Virus record (IMG/VR): IMGVR_UViG_3300020042_007509
Coordinates: 1-34,466 of that record
Strand: one strand, 5' to 3'
Source: a virus
Lineage: Duplodnaviria; Caudoviricetes
Length of the DNA stretch: 34,466 nt
Shown: positions 21,101 through 27,825 of the stretch, piece by piece
Layout: every line of letters starts with the position of its first letter
Numbering within the stretch: position 1 is the first letter of the stretch
Made by a program: the position numbers and the translations under genes
Notes under the pieces: model-generated
The model's input: only the letters and a program-made list of their open reading frames with translations
Databases searched by the model: none
What the model was told of the DNA's origin: nothing

Positions 21101-21974
21101 CCGCATTATGGCTGACCCTCTTGGTAGGTTGATGCTTTCTCAGGGTGAGTTAGGACGTAAGTGGTTGAAGGCTAATAACCTTCCAACTGACCGTAAGATT
21201 AATCCGTACGTACTACGTGCTAACGTGAGAATGGTTCTGAAGGCACAAGCCCTTTGGTATGCGTTGCTTGCGTACTTTGGTTTGATGCGTCCGTTTGACC
21301 AGTTTCAAGTCAAAACAACTGTTGACCATATGTTCACAAGAATACAGGTTGGTAACTACGTATTCAAAGCACCTGGTGGAAGCATGATGTTCCTTGAGAT
21401 TGCTGATGCGCTGACACCTGACATAAAGAACCTTCCACCAGATGAAGCACGTAAGCGTTTCGCTGAACGTATGGAAACTCTTGTTATGGGTCGCTTCATA
21501 AACTCTCCGGGTATCGGCATTATAAAGGAGATGTTTACAGGGCGTGACTTTATGGGCAAGCCTGTAGGTTACGTAGACCCTGACCTTGAAGCGTACTGGC
21601 AGAAGGTTGTCAAGCCCACTATGGCTGAGGTTGGTGTACCTGTTCCTGATATGCGCCTCAGTAAGCTTGTTACCAAGAACCTCCAGTACCTTTGGATTCA
21701 GTCATATCTTGAGACGTTCAAGGCTGCTGATGACAGGGAAGAAGATGACAAGATGTTTGAGGCTGCATTCGTTGGTGGGATGTCAGCCCTTGGTGGACGC
21801 ATTCGGTATAACCCTCCAGTTGGTAAGGGGTCATACGACTACGATACATATGGTAACCCTCCTGGTATCCAGTACTACATACTTGGTGCTAATAGGGAAG
21901 AATGGTTGATGAACCCTGCTGCTGAACTTTCACAGGAGCAGATTGATGCTATGGAGAAGGAGGTAGTTGAATGA
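12147..21974 (+). CDS. Giant polyvalent / ejection protein (3275 aa)
   Basis: Gly/Ala hydrophobic N-region, P/E/K/V linker, degenerate metallopeptidase motif (TIVEELSH..EMFA), ART-like segment (RVHYT..DSIAENGI) and a helical C-terminal region. Confidence 0.75.
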   Translation: MAENPKQRFRRVLNDLSLDDRTFLDSGLRRIYSESLSYGLKNNLLTKDEVIKYQTLAKQRDTSLRKVNVLDPQGNPISKETTIPVMRNGQVVQEKRVTPVTPFDLLRKTGGQMEGGSVDGPLFTGYTLDTGAPIGTARKKFQEEVIPTAQKAAKELERTRGESKFYQPGTIAGLAAGGLASIPVGIAKAVTAPIASGISRGIGVVNPEASRQFDESLAKAYYPEATVDVSQPFKTGVDVGQIAGIKAAEAIPATVAATIAGSAAAVPTTFVAGPIAGAAAGIGTGLLTAAGVGQAQNFLTELALGSSYKPAAEGFGFDIQRSPLSEARARFTQERTELAPSAAFAGEFAPNLLMGTPTLPKGLFGGAKAGLAATRLGQEGRAALTAASMPTADSLAGRFAATPVMQAGRAVGQRLERIPGVGAAATFGRGFAQSEPGREFLGDIAERGVEGSADLYFALKENADKPADQRDPMWMILGKTALGSMFEGQHRLGTKLNAPGQALGMAAVRKLDERMGTFTPEAYTSLALPVVPSPTATTPTGATATFRVPSPFTFSKTRVTGASTPLPTLEEGVVPIGGGMVARIAPTGEATVETAPPVDFDRTPASSASIGRNVLDALGGVAPKSNILSVGNIGRVGTRFGVVQSQGGESQVFLGLTHDGLVMVKATDKKTGESSIDLVSPDLLIGDNKRIAREAFKAGNLLPSDKTGYQRKDYDVELSRTADYEPTSEGEGPSSKDFDKEIRVSKNPIFGRVVKAIDENFSVMQIPSPVGGFDMMVVPNDTVTGLSRGKRAVAGEVLDTTSMNLDMSAYRVDRGKYDPIFKGSDRQRISDATHPIMLTPEQVADAATRKVNLGNFRNQLKAEGRAEGDVNTQYDAARNKSYADLRKTTPKATNDYAVGNTIDFTAADGEVSKGVVVGNTTYGPTVVDVANPMSPAFTVQEPQILSSSAEPTVKPEPEKKTTAKPKAEKKAPAKKEPVKKAEPVIEAKPEASKVEPKVEVKPEPVKAEAPKEEVKVEPAKTQKPKVEKKVEPTKAEITPTPKVEPEVPKAEVAPTPTVAVEPTKVEEPMPSGVPVSGYGVSNPKEVAELIGEKRFELGKKLTLEQRKRILGKVGDSYVDQRHQKEFAGLDSRGEEMYRYPYSTGHMYVSNITGKFIRYYVVIPADITEGLIGVKRDIFAHPSELFPDINSSKAVDMARTQRSSQLRQLLNNANQLQIITDDEFNTAINLLPRYVEEKLKEKSTKAIEDVITKAEAYNNLGGEVDALAKAIRDNASEGIPIFYDNKGEVDFYDKRLRENLLSDEFSKRIAYKSLNDVPFDAKYKGAVDAAITRVKREAKPAVAVEPTKVEVPEVPKPVVKPTISSADLIGESDITSSDEGSALNVTLPGDVQVLDDDGSLVRVQASIEGLEDINDVFRKARNIGELRDVLRGVIKDAGILKSPADIDAAADKLSKYYDEWLRAFVNRDLLIAQQYAQGIRKFASVETSGSQTQYGLDEVEILPTDKPQDAKQKRIRNRMARLYQAYDMPRIAQVVDLLNTEMSKKFVTDVDGTFVYDTSKTFFDTDITSDVKLNVVRKVQSMMLSERYRTNMPVFSVMSKAPQISEAFDKAFVGEGAYVNIKGKDNNIGQQVVFITTNQADVSTIVEELSHAILENMPIDMARQVATKLGKTLREPTTTNESVASYELQEMFAARMRMSLLTGEDAFTSTTGSKKTRERVSGLWNGIRQFLSDGYKAMSTDITNAKLPDAAVTQWSVPYNPETISLWDKAPILFTDDDRKVKWGQIQPTDKYKFGPGLVSAKNLEKPIVNVKMKDGTIKDIKPIQVLAISDYMDGKFAPQFGHMLLRFLSGSTGTDKVPVVGLLDSYDKVTKDIQDNSYEGLTGKIDNFVDNALFDYRLAKESSSSSEQVKAPELLRSKLPNLLLGIVNQANRYGVLSDVDNDPKSSLSLKNWLNAIGTLRAGEGLNEKSAFAKFYGKDAEFWMQSNIKKLQTAIRDAKEYSGALEGKGLFDDDAYHFDAGNTGGNLLYSSRQIGDSSEKNRALADGQASTLNPDAVTPVDFAMTATQRGMPRETITPVVQQRVIADAERNGLANSNIRLLEINDVLVIDGTVNISDAGIDTISKAIDFAARNNIQNTILVTKATPNEELGYNASKGYSVEPSITFQFEDPIADNVYAFIKRMHPYVRKSIDGQSLTIHNIEQKGKSYEESLKAFEQATSRIAKELAKRRIPVQAIQDTERVWNFGNESAQGYAVPYYEARNLLHLINPQVLETGQRPVSDPRVKEVLQTALSTVAGRNIKLPDIDFSSVPDNHERRLAMGSNYDKLPTNSYDTNPETKEAYDSLMSELDRQFSYLSMTASVDDSRLTALHKYGKHFLSEPIPPGMVRRVHYTKSKEALDSIAENGIRLSSAKGETYGEPNFVWSNESSLKAYEDMNFKPLVEFWEDPSKIKYNQNQLSDVKPEQIIAVHNGPMSFYLKDMVNEVGLDRSIEIIEKLDPKRRNNPDEPYGDVLEALLEIRAKRDAAPTPKYKLKSKYVRGGERIVISTHPLMAQSNHKDVNGIPLRYIDLLNSINDSISDSVKLVSGGEHSDLMAFAAHSAITKDPKAIRALYTETLGRKVYEKLSGKDVHKAALPTVEDTKTGIVALDKRVQALYAETKSPYGDLKKNEVTNGMGRVQYASGSGTPLYSLRPIRDVDVSDTGEPDVASKTNPVIVVDDEGTEVSVTEESKIGKVLDFLDKNPVIVTFDVLNALGRFTMAGDWSAPLVQNWQLANPIESPGLFFKSLLFGPKSLAPNLAIDTGKGGINKNAFLGRRQVHAMGDEIRANRFYELAKDNGLSLATIEYDRILAEKRAEREEKLAQMRERDPDATLPEIDIMDIDELDVDPDMMGLLSAERHVPGKAASERAMTMMKDFVKFNKFTQALETYEQLGYDPSSDGFKEMAQDMAAILNVMNGDVRFTKNEYDKSIGRLMRRVMFAPRWLTSRIMADPLGRLMLSQGELGRKWLKANNLPTDRKINPYVLRANVRMVLKAQALWYALLAYFGLMRPFDQFQVKTTVDHMFTRIQVGNYVFKAPGGSMMFLEIADALTPDIKNLPPDEARKRFAERMETLVMGRFINSPGIGIIKEMFTGRDFMGKPVGYVDPDLEAYWQKVVKPTMAEVGVPVPDMRLSKLVTKNLQYLWIQSYLETFKAADDREEDDKMFEAAFVGGMSALGGRIRYNPPVGKGSYDYDTYGNPPGIQYYILGANREEWLMNPAAELSQEQIDAMEKEVVE
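14995..15350 (+). repeat. Low-complexity P/E/K/V linker repeats
   Basis: KVEP / VKPEP / KAE units and recurrent aaggttga. Confidence 0.7.
15316..16194 (+). repeat. Pair of 30-bp direct repeats (15316-15345 and 16165-16194)
   Basis: ctgttgcAgtAgaacctactaaggttgaag versus ctgttgcGgtTgaacctactaaggttgaag, 28/30 identical. Confidence 0.85.
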
Positions 21975-22747
21975 GTCCAGTAGAGCAGTTCATTAGTGTC
22001 GCTAGGTCGCTAGTGGGACAGAAGGAAGAACCTGTAGGCAGCAACCGTAGTTTCCATATTGATGTATGGAACAAGTCGTGTGGTGTACCTCTAGGTTCCT
22101 TCTGGTGTGCATCATTCCTTTGTGCTGGAGTACACAACCGATGGAAGTTCCTTACTGGTCTTGATTGGCAGTTAGGTACATCAGCTAGTTGTGATGTCCT
22201 ACTTGCTAAGGCTAAGAGACTAGGTATCCTTCACAAGACTCCATACGTTGGTGATGTAGGCTTTGTACTGTCATCTGATGACGATACAGACGCTGTTCAT
22301 GCGTTCTTGGTATCAGGCTACAAGGACGGTAAGTTCACCTCTATTGAGGGAAACAGCAATATTGATGGTAGTCGTAATGGTACAGAGGTTGTTGAGCGTG
22401 ATGACCTATATAAGTTCCGTAAGCCTGGAAGGTTAGTCTTTGCTAGATGGGCTGACCTATTGAATGAAGTTGATACTAAGACTGTTGTGATTGGCGAGAA
22501 GAAGATTGAATCCATTATCACTAACGGTAAGTCGTATGCACCACTAAGGTTGCTACTCGAAGGACTTTATGGTGAGGCTACGAAGACTAGACTTACGTTT
22601 GACCTAGTGCCTTTGTGGGATGGTCGTACTATTCCTTGCATACCAATCATATTGAATGGTCGTTCTATGGTTTCTGTACGTGACTTTGCAAATTGGCAGG
22701 ATTTGAATATCGTACTTGATGCCAGTGACATACTCTTGAAGCGGTAA
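21971..22747 (+). CDS. Endolysin: CHAP domain plus copper-amine-oxidase-N-like binding region
   Basis: WCASF catalytic Cys, HAFLV His and SIEGN; C-terminal NGKSYAPLR and NGRSMVSVRDF; AAGGAGGT RBS. Confidence 0.8.
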   Translation: MSPVEQFISVARSLVGQKEEPVGSNRSFHIDVWNKSCGVPLGSFWCASFLCAGVHNRWKFLTGLDWQLGTSASCDVLLAKAKRLGILHKTPYVGDVGFVLSSDDDTDAVHAFLVSGYKDGKFTSIEGNSNIDGSRNGTEVVERDDLYKFRKPGRLVFARWADLLNEVDTKTVVIGEKKIESIITNGKSYAPLRLLLEGLYGEATKTRLTFDLVPLWDGRTIPCIPIILNGRSMVSVRDFANWQDLNIVLDASDILLKR

Positions 22748-22773
22748 AAAGAAACCCTATCAATCGATAGGGT
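22746..22773 (-). terminator. Intrinsic terminator between convergent modules
   Basis: ACCCTATC-aatc-GATAGGGT stem; TTCTTTTT follows on the - strand. Confidence 0.65.
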
Positions 22774-22996
22774 CTTCATCTTCTGTATTCTGTATTACAT
22801 CTATCTCGACGTTAGGTACTTTGGATAGCTTGTACATAATGATGTATTGCTTGAGTTGATTCTCAGTAGCATCATCAACGTCTATGTCTTTCTCTTCTAA
22901 CCATTTGAGCATCCTGTAGTATTCAAACCATTCGTTCAGTAGAGTCCCTGCGTAACACAGAGCGATGCCTATTACGATTCCTATAAGGTATTGCAT
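22760..22996 (-). CDS. Hypothetical membrane-anchored protein
   Basis: N-terminal TM helix and acidic tail; AGGA RBS. Confidence 0.6.
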   Translation of the reverse strand: MQYLIGIVIGIALCYAGTLLNEWFEYYRMLKWLEEKDIDVDDATENQLKQYIIMYKLSKVPNVEIDVIQNTEDEDPID

Positions 22997-23039
22997 ACGT
23001 GATTCCTATTACTCAGAATACTACAGGTTGCAGTTATGT

Positions 23040-23378
23040 TTATTTGTTATCAGGACAGATGTAAGCCTGTAAGTAGTTATGCATTTTGTCCATAGCTGAT
23101 TCTATGATTTCAAATGGCAACTCAACACTAGGCACTAGTCCACTCTTAGCAAGTAATCCATAGTAAGTGAATACATCAATAGGTATATCAAGCTCTTTGG
23201 ATAGTGATTGCCAGTACTGTTTACCGGTGCGTATGTCATGCTCAATATTGTTCATCACTTGAGGTGAGCAATACTTGTTCCTAGTGCCAACCAATCTGTT
23301 TGCTAGGTCACGCTGCGATATCTTCAACTCGATACGCCTGGTGCGTACTATCTTCCCTAGAGTTGTCTGCTTATTCAT
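23040..23378 (-). CDS. XRE-family HTH regulator
   Basis: LGKIVRTRRIELKISQRDLA..MNNIEHD..LSKELDIP; ATG at 23378 chosen as start. Confidence 0.8.
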   Translation of the reverse strand: MNKQTTLGKIVRTRRIELKISQRDLANRLVGTRNKYCSPQVMNNIEHDIRTGKQYWQSLSKELDIPIDVFTYYGLLAKSGLVPSVELPFEIIESAMDKMHNYLQAYICPDNK

Positions 23379-23634
23379 CTCCACCTATCTTTGCTATTTC
23401 CCAATCGTCACGCAACGTATCCCTAAAGTTGGATGACATCAGTAATTTAACTAACCCTTTACCTCCCCACATATCTAAGGTTGTGTCAACTACATCGAAC
23501 CATCCTTCACTTAATACTATGAGGTCTTCATCAGGTGTCCTGTTCATAGTGATGTAAAGGTTGTCACTCCAGACAGCCCTACGTACAGGGACACGATGAT
23601 ACATCATTGCTGCTACTGCTTCATCCCAGTTCAT
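23371..23634 (-). CDS. DUF2829 / Tad2-like protein (copy 3)
   Basis: MNWDEAVAAM..VRRAVW...DTLRDDWEI. Confidence 0.6.
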   Translation of the reverse strand: MNWDEAVAAMMYHRVPVRRAVWSDNLYITMNRTPDEDLIVLSEGWFDVVDTTLDMWGGKGLVKLLMSSNFRDTLRDDWEIAKIGGDE

Positions 23635-23888
23635 TCGTTTACCTTTTCGTCGGCATCAACAATATGGTCTTCCCACTCGCAAACTTCCCAGTCATCTGCT
23701 TTCATGTCTTCGTATGTAAAACAAAGGAACTTGCACTGGGTTTCCCATAATTCCGCTGTTTGCCTGTCTACAAAACTGTTTGTTGTTGGGTCATAGAAGG
23801 CGATTCTGTGTTCGTCATCGTCTAACCATCCTTTACGTGTTATAGGTAATCCTTCCATAAACGCAAGTAGTACTTCTGAAAACGTCAT
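23631..23888 (-). CDS. DUF2829 / Tad2-like protein (copy 2)
   Basis: MTFSEVLLAFMEGLPITRKGW...EDMKADDWEV; GGAGG RBS and ATGA overlap. Confidence 0.7.
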   Translation of the reverse strand: MTFSEVLLAFMEGLPITRKGWLDDDEHRIAFYDPTTNSFVDRQTAELWETQCKFLCFTYEDMKADDWEVCEWEDHIVDADEKVNE

Positions 23889-24085
23889 TCCACTACCTCC
23901 CAATCAAGAGACAAGATATCAGTTGAACACAACTTAGTAATGCCATCAAAGACCCTGTTGCCACCACCATCTAACTTGTAGGTGCATAGTCGCTTGTCCA
24001 CCATCTGAACGAACCATCTAGCACCTGACCTACGTACACGATTGCCGTTCTTTAGTTCCTCTAAAGCTTGCGGAAAGTTCTTCAT
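23885..24085 (-). CDS. DUF2829 / Tad2-like protein (copy 1)
   Basis: NFPQALEELKNGNRVRRSG...STDILSLDWEVVE. Confidence 0.7.
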   Translation of the reverse strand: MKNFPQALEELKNGNRVRRSGARWFVQMVDKRLCTYKLDGGGNRVFDGITKLCSTDILSLDWEVVE

Positions 24086-24104
24086 ATCTACCTACCTTTA
24101 TCTG

Positions 24105-24350
24105 TCATTTATGTGTATTGATAACGATGCTGATAACAGCTGTACCCCAAGGGACTACCATATCTGGAGACTCAACTCCTTCACGCACAAGTAGTTCACC
24201 TATCTGCCTCATACTCATTCCACCTTTGTACAACTCCACAATCCTTAGTTGGACATCCACAGGTATCTGGTCTATCAACTTAGGCTTACGCTTCTCTCGT
24301 ATGCGACCAGATGGTGATGATATCTGAGATATTGTCCTGGTCTTTATCAT
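24105..24350 (-). CDS. Stand-alone recombinase-type DNA-binding HTH protein
   Basis: RIVELYKGGMSMRQIGELLVREGV....W...VI; start MIKTR by TAATG overlap. Confidence 0.6.
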   Translation of the reverse strand: MIKTRTISQISSPSGRIREKRKPKLIDQIPVDVQLRIVELYKGGMSMRQIGELLVREGVESPDMVVPWGTAVISIVINTHK

Positions 24351-24460
24351 TACTTCGCTCCAGTAGCATACTTGTCTATCAGGTATCCTAAACACCCAAA
24401 GAAACAGGTTATTGCAAGTAGTGCGAATACTATTACCGCTACCACTATATTCACTATCAT
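24350..24460 (-). CDS. Small membrane protein, 36 aa (not in the ORF track)
   Basis: MIVNIVVAVIVFALLAITCFFGCLGYLIDKYATGAK; ATGA and TAATG coupling at both ends. Confidence 0.65.
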   Translation of the reverse strand: MIVNIVVAVIVFALLAITCFFGCLGYLIDKYATGAK

Positions 24461-24681
24461 CTTGAGATTCCTAACTTAGATGCACTCTCATCTAGGTTCT
24501 TGCAGTCAAGCACTTTGTATGCTCTGTACAGTAGGTCATCAAGTGTACGCACCTTGATACCTAGTTCTTGTGCTGCTTCATTTCGTGTCCTTGATTCACA
24601 GACCGTCTTGATAACCAAGCGTTGCCAGTTGCTAACCTTCTTGAGTCCCTGTCGTTCTGCTACTACTTCTACTTCCATCAT
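24457..24681 (-). CDS. LuxR / sigma-region-4-like HTH protein
   Basis: SNWQRLVI..TRNEAAQELGIKVRTLDDLLYRAYKVL. Confidence 0.7.
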   Translation of the reverse strand: MMEVEVVAERQGLKKVSNWQRLVIKTVCESRTRNEAAQELGIKVRTLDDLLYRAYKVLDCKNLDESASKLGISR

Positions 24682-26051
24682 AATCCCCCTTCAGGTATAT
24701 CTTGGAAGCGAGCAATCGTTTTATGGAACTCCACCTTAGATACACCTATCGCACCGTTACGGTTCTTCGCAGTTATCACTTCAGCTTCAGAGGGAACATT
24801 TTCATCCCAAGAGTTCCTGTCTTCTGCGTAATAGTCCGGACGATACAGAAATTGTACCACGTCAGCATCGCTCTCAATATCTCCTGACTCTCTAAGGTCT
24901 GACATGATTGGTCGCTTATCATTACGTTGTTCACTGGCACGAGATAGTGACGATAGTGCAACGACAGGTACGTCGAACTCCTTAGCAATACCCTTGAGTC
25001 CCCGGCTGAGTACACCAATATCCCTGGTGCGTCCTTGGGTCTCTTTACCTGTATCCATCATCTGGAGGTAGTCAACGACGATGAACGATAGGTTCTTGTT
25101 ACGCTGTAGTTCACGAGCCTTAGCCCTGATGCTCTGTATGGTCACAGGAGTCTCAGTACATAGGTACAGAGGTAATGTGTCTACCTCAGTCTGAGCAAGC
25201 CTCATAGCGTCTCTCTGAAGCTCAGAGAGGTACGAGTTCTGTATGGCTTGTCCGTCTATGCCGCCGATTATCTGGAGCATACGTTGACTAATCATATCCA
25301 AGCTCATCTCAACGCTAACGAAGAGAGAACCTCCGGTTCCTGCCTTACGGCAGTGTGCTGCAGCATTAATGGCGTACTGTAGTCCTAGACTTGACTTACC
25401 CATAGAAGGTCTACCTCCAAGGATAATCAGTTCACCATCCCGGAATCCGTTAATAACCTTATCGATATCGTAGAAGCCTGAAGAGATACCCTTCTTGCGT
25501 CCATTCATCATCGCCTTGATGCCATCACGCATTACGTCAGATGCTTTATGAACTGTATTGGTGACTACCTTTGATTCCGTATTCTTAGCGAAGTCAAGGG
25601 TGATATCGTCAGGGTCAGTCTCTACCTGTTGCGCCCTAGCTATAACGTATTCAGCGTTGACTACGATGTTACGAAGTTCTGCGTATCGCTTGATTGTCTT
25701 TGCGTATGTCGTAGCGTTTTGTGTTGTGAACTCAACGTCACCTAGCTGCATTAGATACGCAAGTCCACCAGTAATCTCGTCCTGTTTTAGGGCGTTGATA
25801 TCGTCGTTGAGTAGAACGATGTCGCAACCAGCACCTGTCTTTTCGACTATACGTTTCATAGAGGTGAAGATAGCTTGGTGACCTGGACGATAGAAGTCTC
25901 GTTCATCTATCATCCCTTCGATGATATCCATAACCTTCTTGCCACCAAGGAGTACGCTCCCTAGAAGACCCTGTTCAACCATATCGTCATAGGGATAAGG
26001 TCTAAGAGTGCCAGCACGTTGGTGCTGGCTGATAAACGTAAACATATCCAT
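24678..26051 (-). CDS. dnaB: Replicative DNA helicase, DnaB family
   Basis: EQGLLGSVL, GGRPSMGKS Walker A, SVEMS, VVDYLQ, SDLRESGDIE.DAD and AKNRNG. Confidence 0.95.
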   Translation of the reverse strand: MDMFTFISQHQRAGTLRPYPYDDMVEQGLLGSVLLGGKKVMDIIEGMIDERDFYRPGHQAIFTSMKRIVEKTGAGCDIVLLNDDINALKQDEITGGLAYLMQLGDVEFTTQNATTYAKTIKRYAELRNIVVNAEYVIARAQQVETDPDDITLDFAKNTESKVVTNTVHKASDVMRDGIKAMMNGRKKGISSGFYDIDKVINGFRDGELIILGGRPSMGKSSLGLQYAINAAAHCRKAGTGGSLFVSVEMSLDMISQRMLQIIGGIDGQAIQNSYLSELQRDAMRLAQTEVDTLPLYLCTETPVTIQSIRAKARELQRNKNLSFIVVDYLQMMDTGKETQGRTRDIGVLSRGLKGIAKEFDVPVVALSSLSRASEQRNDKRPIMSDLRESGDIESDADVVQFLYRPDYYAEDRNSWDENVPSEAEVITAKNRNGAIGVSKVEFHKTIARFQDIPEGGL

Positions 26052-26536
26052 TACTGAGTAATCGCCTTTGTGCTAGTCTGCACGAGTGCTTGCACGTTAT
26101 CCGTTGAACTCTCAGTCCATCCATCAAGGGACTTGAGTAACTGCTCACGATTCATGCGTCCTGCTTCACCCCATCCACCAACGTGCTTGATGGCTACGAT
26201 ATCAAAGGGATGTAGTTCACCTTCAAGTAACCACTGAGATTCCTCAGAATGTCGTTTTGACGGATGTACATCTGCAAGGTAACGACAGATACGATTGAAC
26301 ATCTGTTGAACACTTGTCTCACCACAACCTAAGCCACGTACCTTACGAAGGATTGCTGCAGGTGAAGGACGGAAGTCTTCTGTTTTTAGGAGTTCGATAA
26401 CTGCCTCGATACCTGACTTATCTTCTACACCACTGAGGGCGATAGCGTATCCCATCGCAACGCCATCATCCCACCGTTGTTGTGCTGGCATAGCACTTAG
26501 AATGCCAGCTACCGTACCAAACGCTTTCTCTGTCAT
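26051..26536 (-). CDS. Putative helicase loader/inhibitor
   Basis: AVIELLKTEDFRPSPAAI and VAIKHVGGW motifs; immediately upstream of dnaB; GGGGAG RBS before MTEK. Confidence 0.55.
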   Translation of the reverse strand: MTEKAFGTVAGILSAMPAQQRWDDGVAMGYAIALSGVEDKSGIEAVIELLKTEDFRPSPAAILRKVRGLGCGETSVQQMFNRICRYLADVHPSKRHSEESQWLLEGELHPFDIVAIKHVGGWGEAGRMNREQLLKSLDGWTESSTDNVQALVQTSTKAITQ

Positions 26537-26537
26537 A

Positions 26538-26936
26538 TCAATACTCCCCATCCCAATATGAACCATCATTCTTAGAATCGAACTGCTCTTGTGCTGCACT
26601 CTCAATCTGAGATTGCACCTCTTCCACTAACCAAGAACACAACTCTTGAGCCTTAGAACTTACTGTCATAGGTGGCGCACCAGTACCCTGCGCTTCTATG
26701 TCAAAGGAATACATAATGGCTGTTAGTTCATCCTGCCATTCAGTGCCACTATTCTGAATCTTCTCGTCAACAGGCTTGCCATTCAACCAGTCAAGGACAA
26801 AGTCGTGAAGCTCAGTATCCTTGATGCAGTGGTAGGAGACTCGTGTTGATGTCTCGCCATCTTCCATCTCAGCCTCTGCAAGGAATACATCAGGCAGCTG
26901 CCAACCTACTACGTCAAACATTTCTACATTAACCAT
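26538..26936 (-). CDS. Acidic hypothetical protein
   Basis: 132-aa ORF downstream of a promoter-like sequence and a G-rich RBS. Confidence 0.65.
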   Translation of the reverse strand: MVNVEMFDVVGWQLPDVFLAEAEMEDGETSTRVSYHCIKDTELHDFVLDWLNGKPVDEKIQNSGTEWQDELTAIMYSFDIEAQGTGAPPMTVSSKAQELCSWLVEEVQSQIESAAQEQFDSKNDGSYWDGEY

Positions 26937-26955
26937 ATCTACCCCCTAGGTCTCC

Positions 26956-26983
26956 ACTATACCAACTTATACCGTATTGTCAA
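26956..26983 (-). promoter_or_regulatory. Sigma70-type promoter
   Basis: TTGACA-16 nt-TATAGT with an extended TG. Confidence 0.7.
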
Positions 26984-27809
26984 GAAAGTTATTGACTGAC
27001 CTCATAATCTCCATAGCTGACGTTGCGTGTTCAATGCTTGTCGGTCGCTGGTTGGTTGGCTTAGATACGCTAGGAGCCTCTGTAGTAGCCGTAGACCAAT
27101 GTTTCCATAGAGAACGGGGAGTTATCATATTCTTGTCATTCCATCCCTGTAGGAGCCTTGTACAGGCTCTCGTTACTTGCTCAGGTGTAACTCCCTTTGA
27201 AACCATCTCATAGAAGATGTAGTAGACGGACTTCCATTCAGTCAGGTTGAACTCTGTAGAGTTGAGTTCAGGATACTTCCAAGCTCTGAATGCTACGAAG
27301 AGTTGACAAGCAGGGTCAGATTCCTTTGGAAGGATGATTGTCTTTCTCCCTTTAACCTTAATTGATTCTTGTTCTAATTGATTCTTGTTAATAGGGGTAC
27401 TAATTTCTTTCCCCTCCCCCCTGTAAGAATCTTTCCCCTCCCCCTCTAAAATACTTTCCCCCTGATAACCGGGGAAGATGACATATTGGTTGCTTGTTTG
27501 ACGCTTATCGATGAACCTTGAAGAGCGTCCAATCACCTTATAACCGTCGATATCTTTGGACTCTAAGCCTGTCATAGCGTTGCGAATCGTAGGAGCTGAT
27601 AGCCCAGTTATTGATACGAGTTTAGGTATTGAAGGGAAGGATGCTCCGTCCTGGTCAGCGTGTAATGCGAGAGCGCAGAACACCATCCATTCACTGGATG
27701 TGAACTTACCCATATGCTTGAGTATGCGGTGTTCTATTTGGATAAAAGAAGACGTACCAGACTCCTTCAAGGTTCTAGTACGTCCGTTAAAAATTGTAAT
27801 CATTGCCAC
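26967..27809 (-). CDS. Phage replication initiator with N-terminal winged HTH
   Basis: VFCALALHAD...SFPSIPKL...GLS..TIRNAM..LE, SNQY; upstream of loader and dnaB; AAGGAG RBS. Confidence 0.75.
   Translation of the reverse strand: MAMITIFNGRTRTLKESGTSSFIQIEHRILKHMGKFTSSEWMVFCALALHADQDGASFPSIPKLVSITGLSAPTIRNAMTGLESKDIDGYKVIGRSSRFIDKRQTSNQYVIFPGYQGESILEGEGKDSYRGEGKEISTPINKNQLEQESIKVKGRKTIILPKESDPACQLFVAFRAWKYPELNSTEFNLTEWKSVYYIFYEMVSKGVTPEQVTRACTRLLQGWNDKNMITPRSLWKHWSTATTEAPSVSKPTNQRPTSIEHATSAMEIMRSVNNFLDNTV
27359..27464. repeat. Iteron-like repeats plus AT-rich repeats (probable origin)
   Basis: TCTTTCCCCTCCCCC at 27406 and 27430 with a partial copy at 27454; TAATTGATTCTTGTT at 27359 and 27375. 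Confidence 0.7.
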
Positions 27810-27825
27810 CTCCTTGGGACTAGGA

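Noticed and set aside
13272-21909. Many 60-170 aa alternate-frame and antisense ORFs inside the giant gene
   Set aside because: They are Leu/Val- or Ser-rich shadows of biased codon usage, with no recognisable motifs or RBS.
24105-24350. Possible serine integrase
   Set aside because: Only 81 aa with a DNA-binding-like segment and no catalytic resolvase domain, so it is not evidence of lysogeny.
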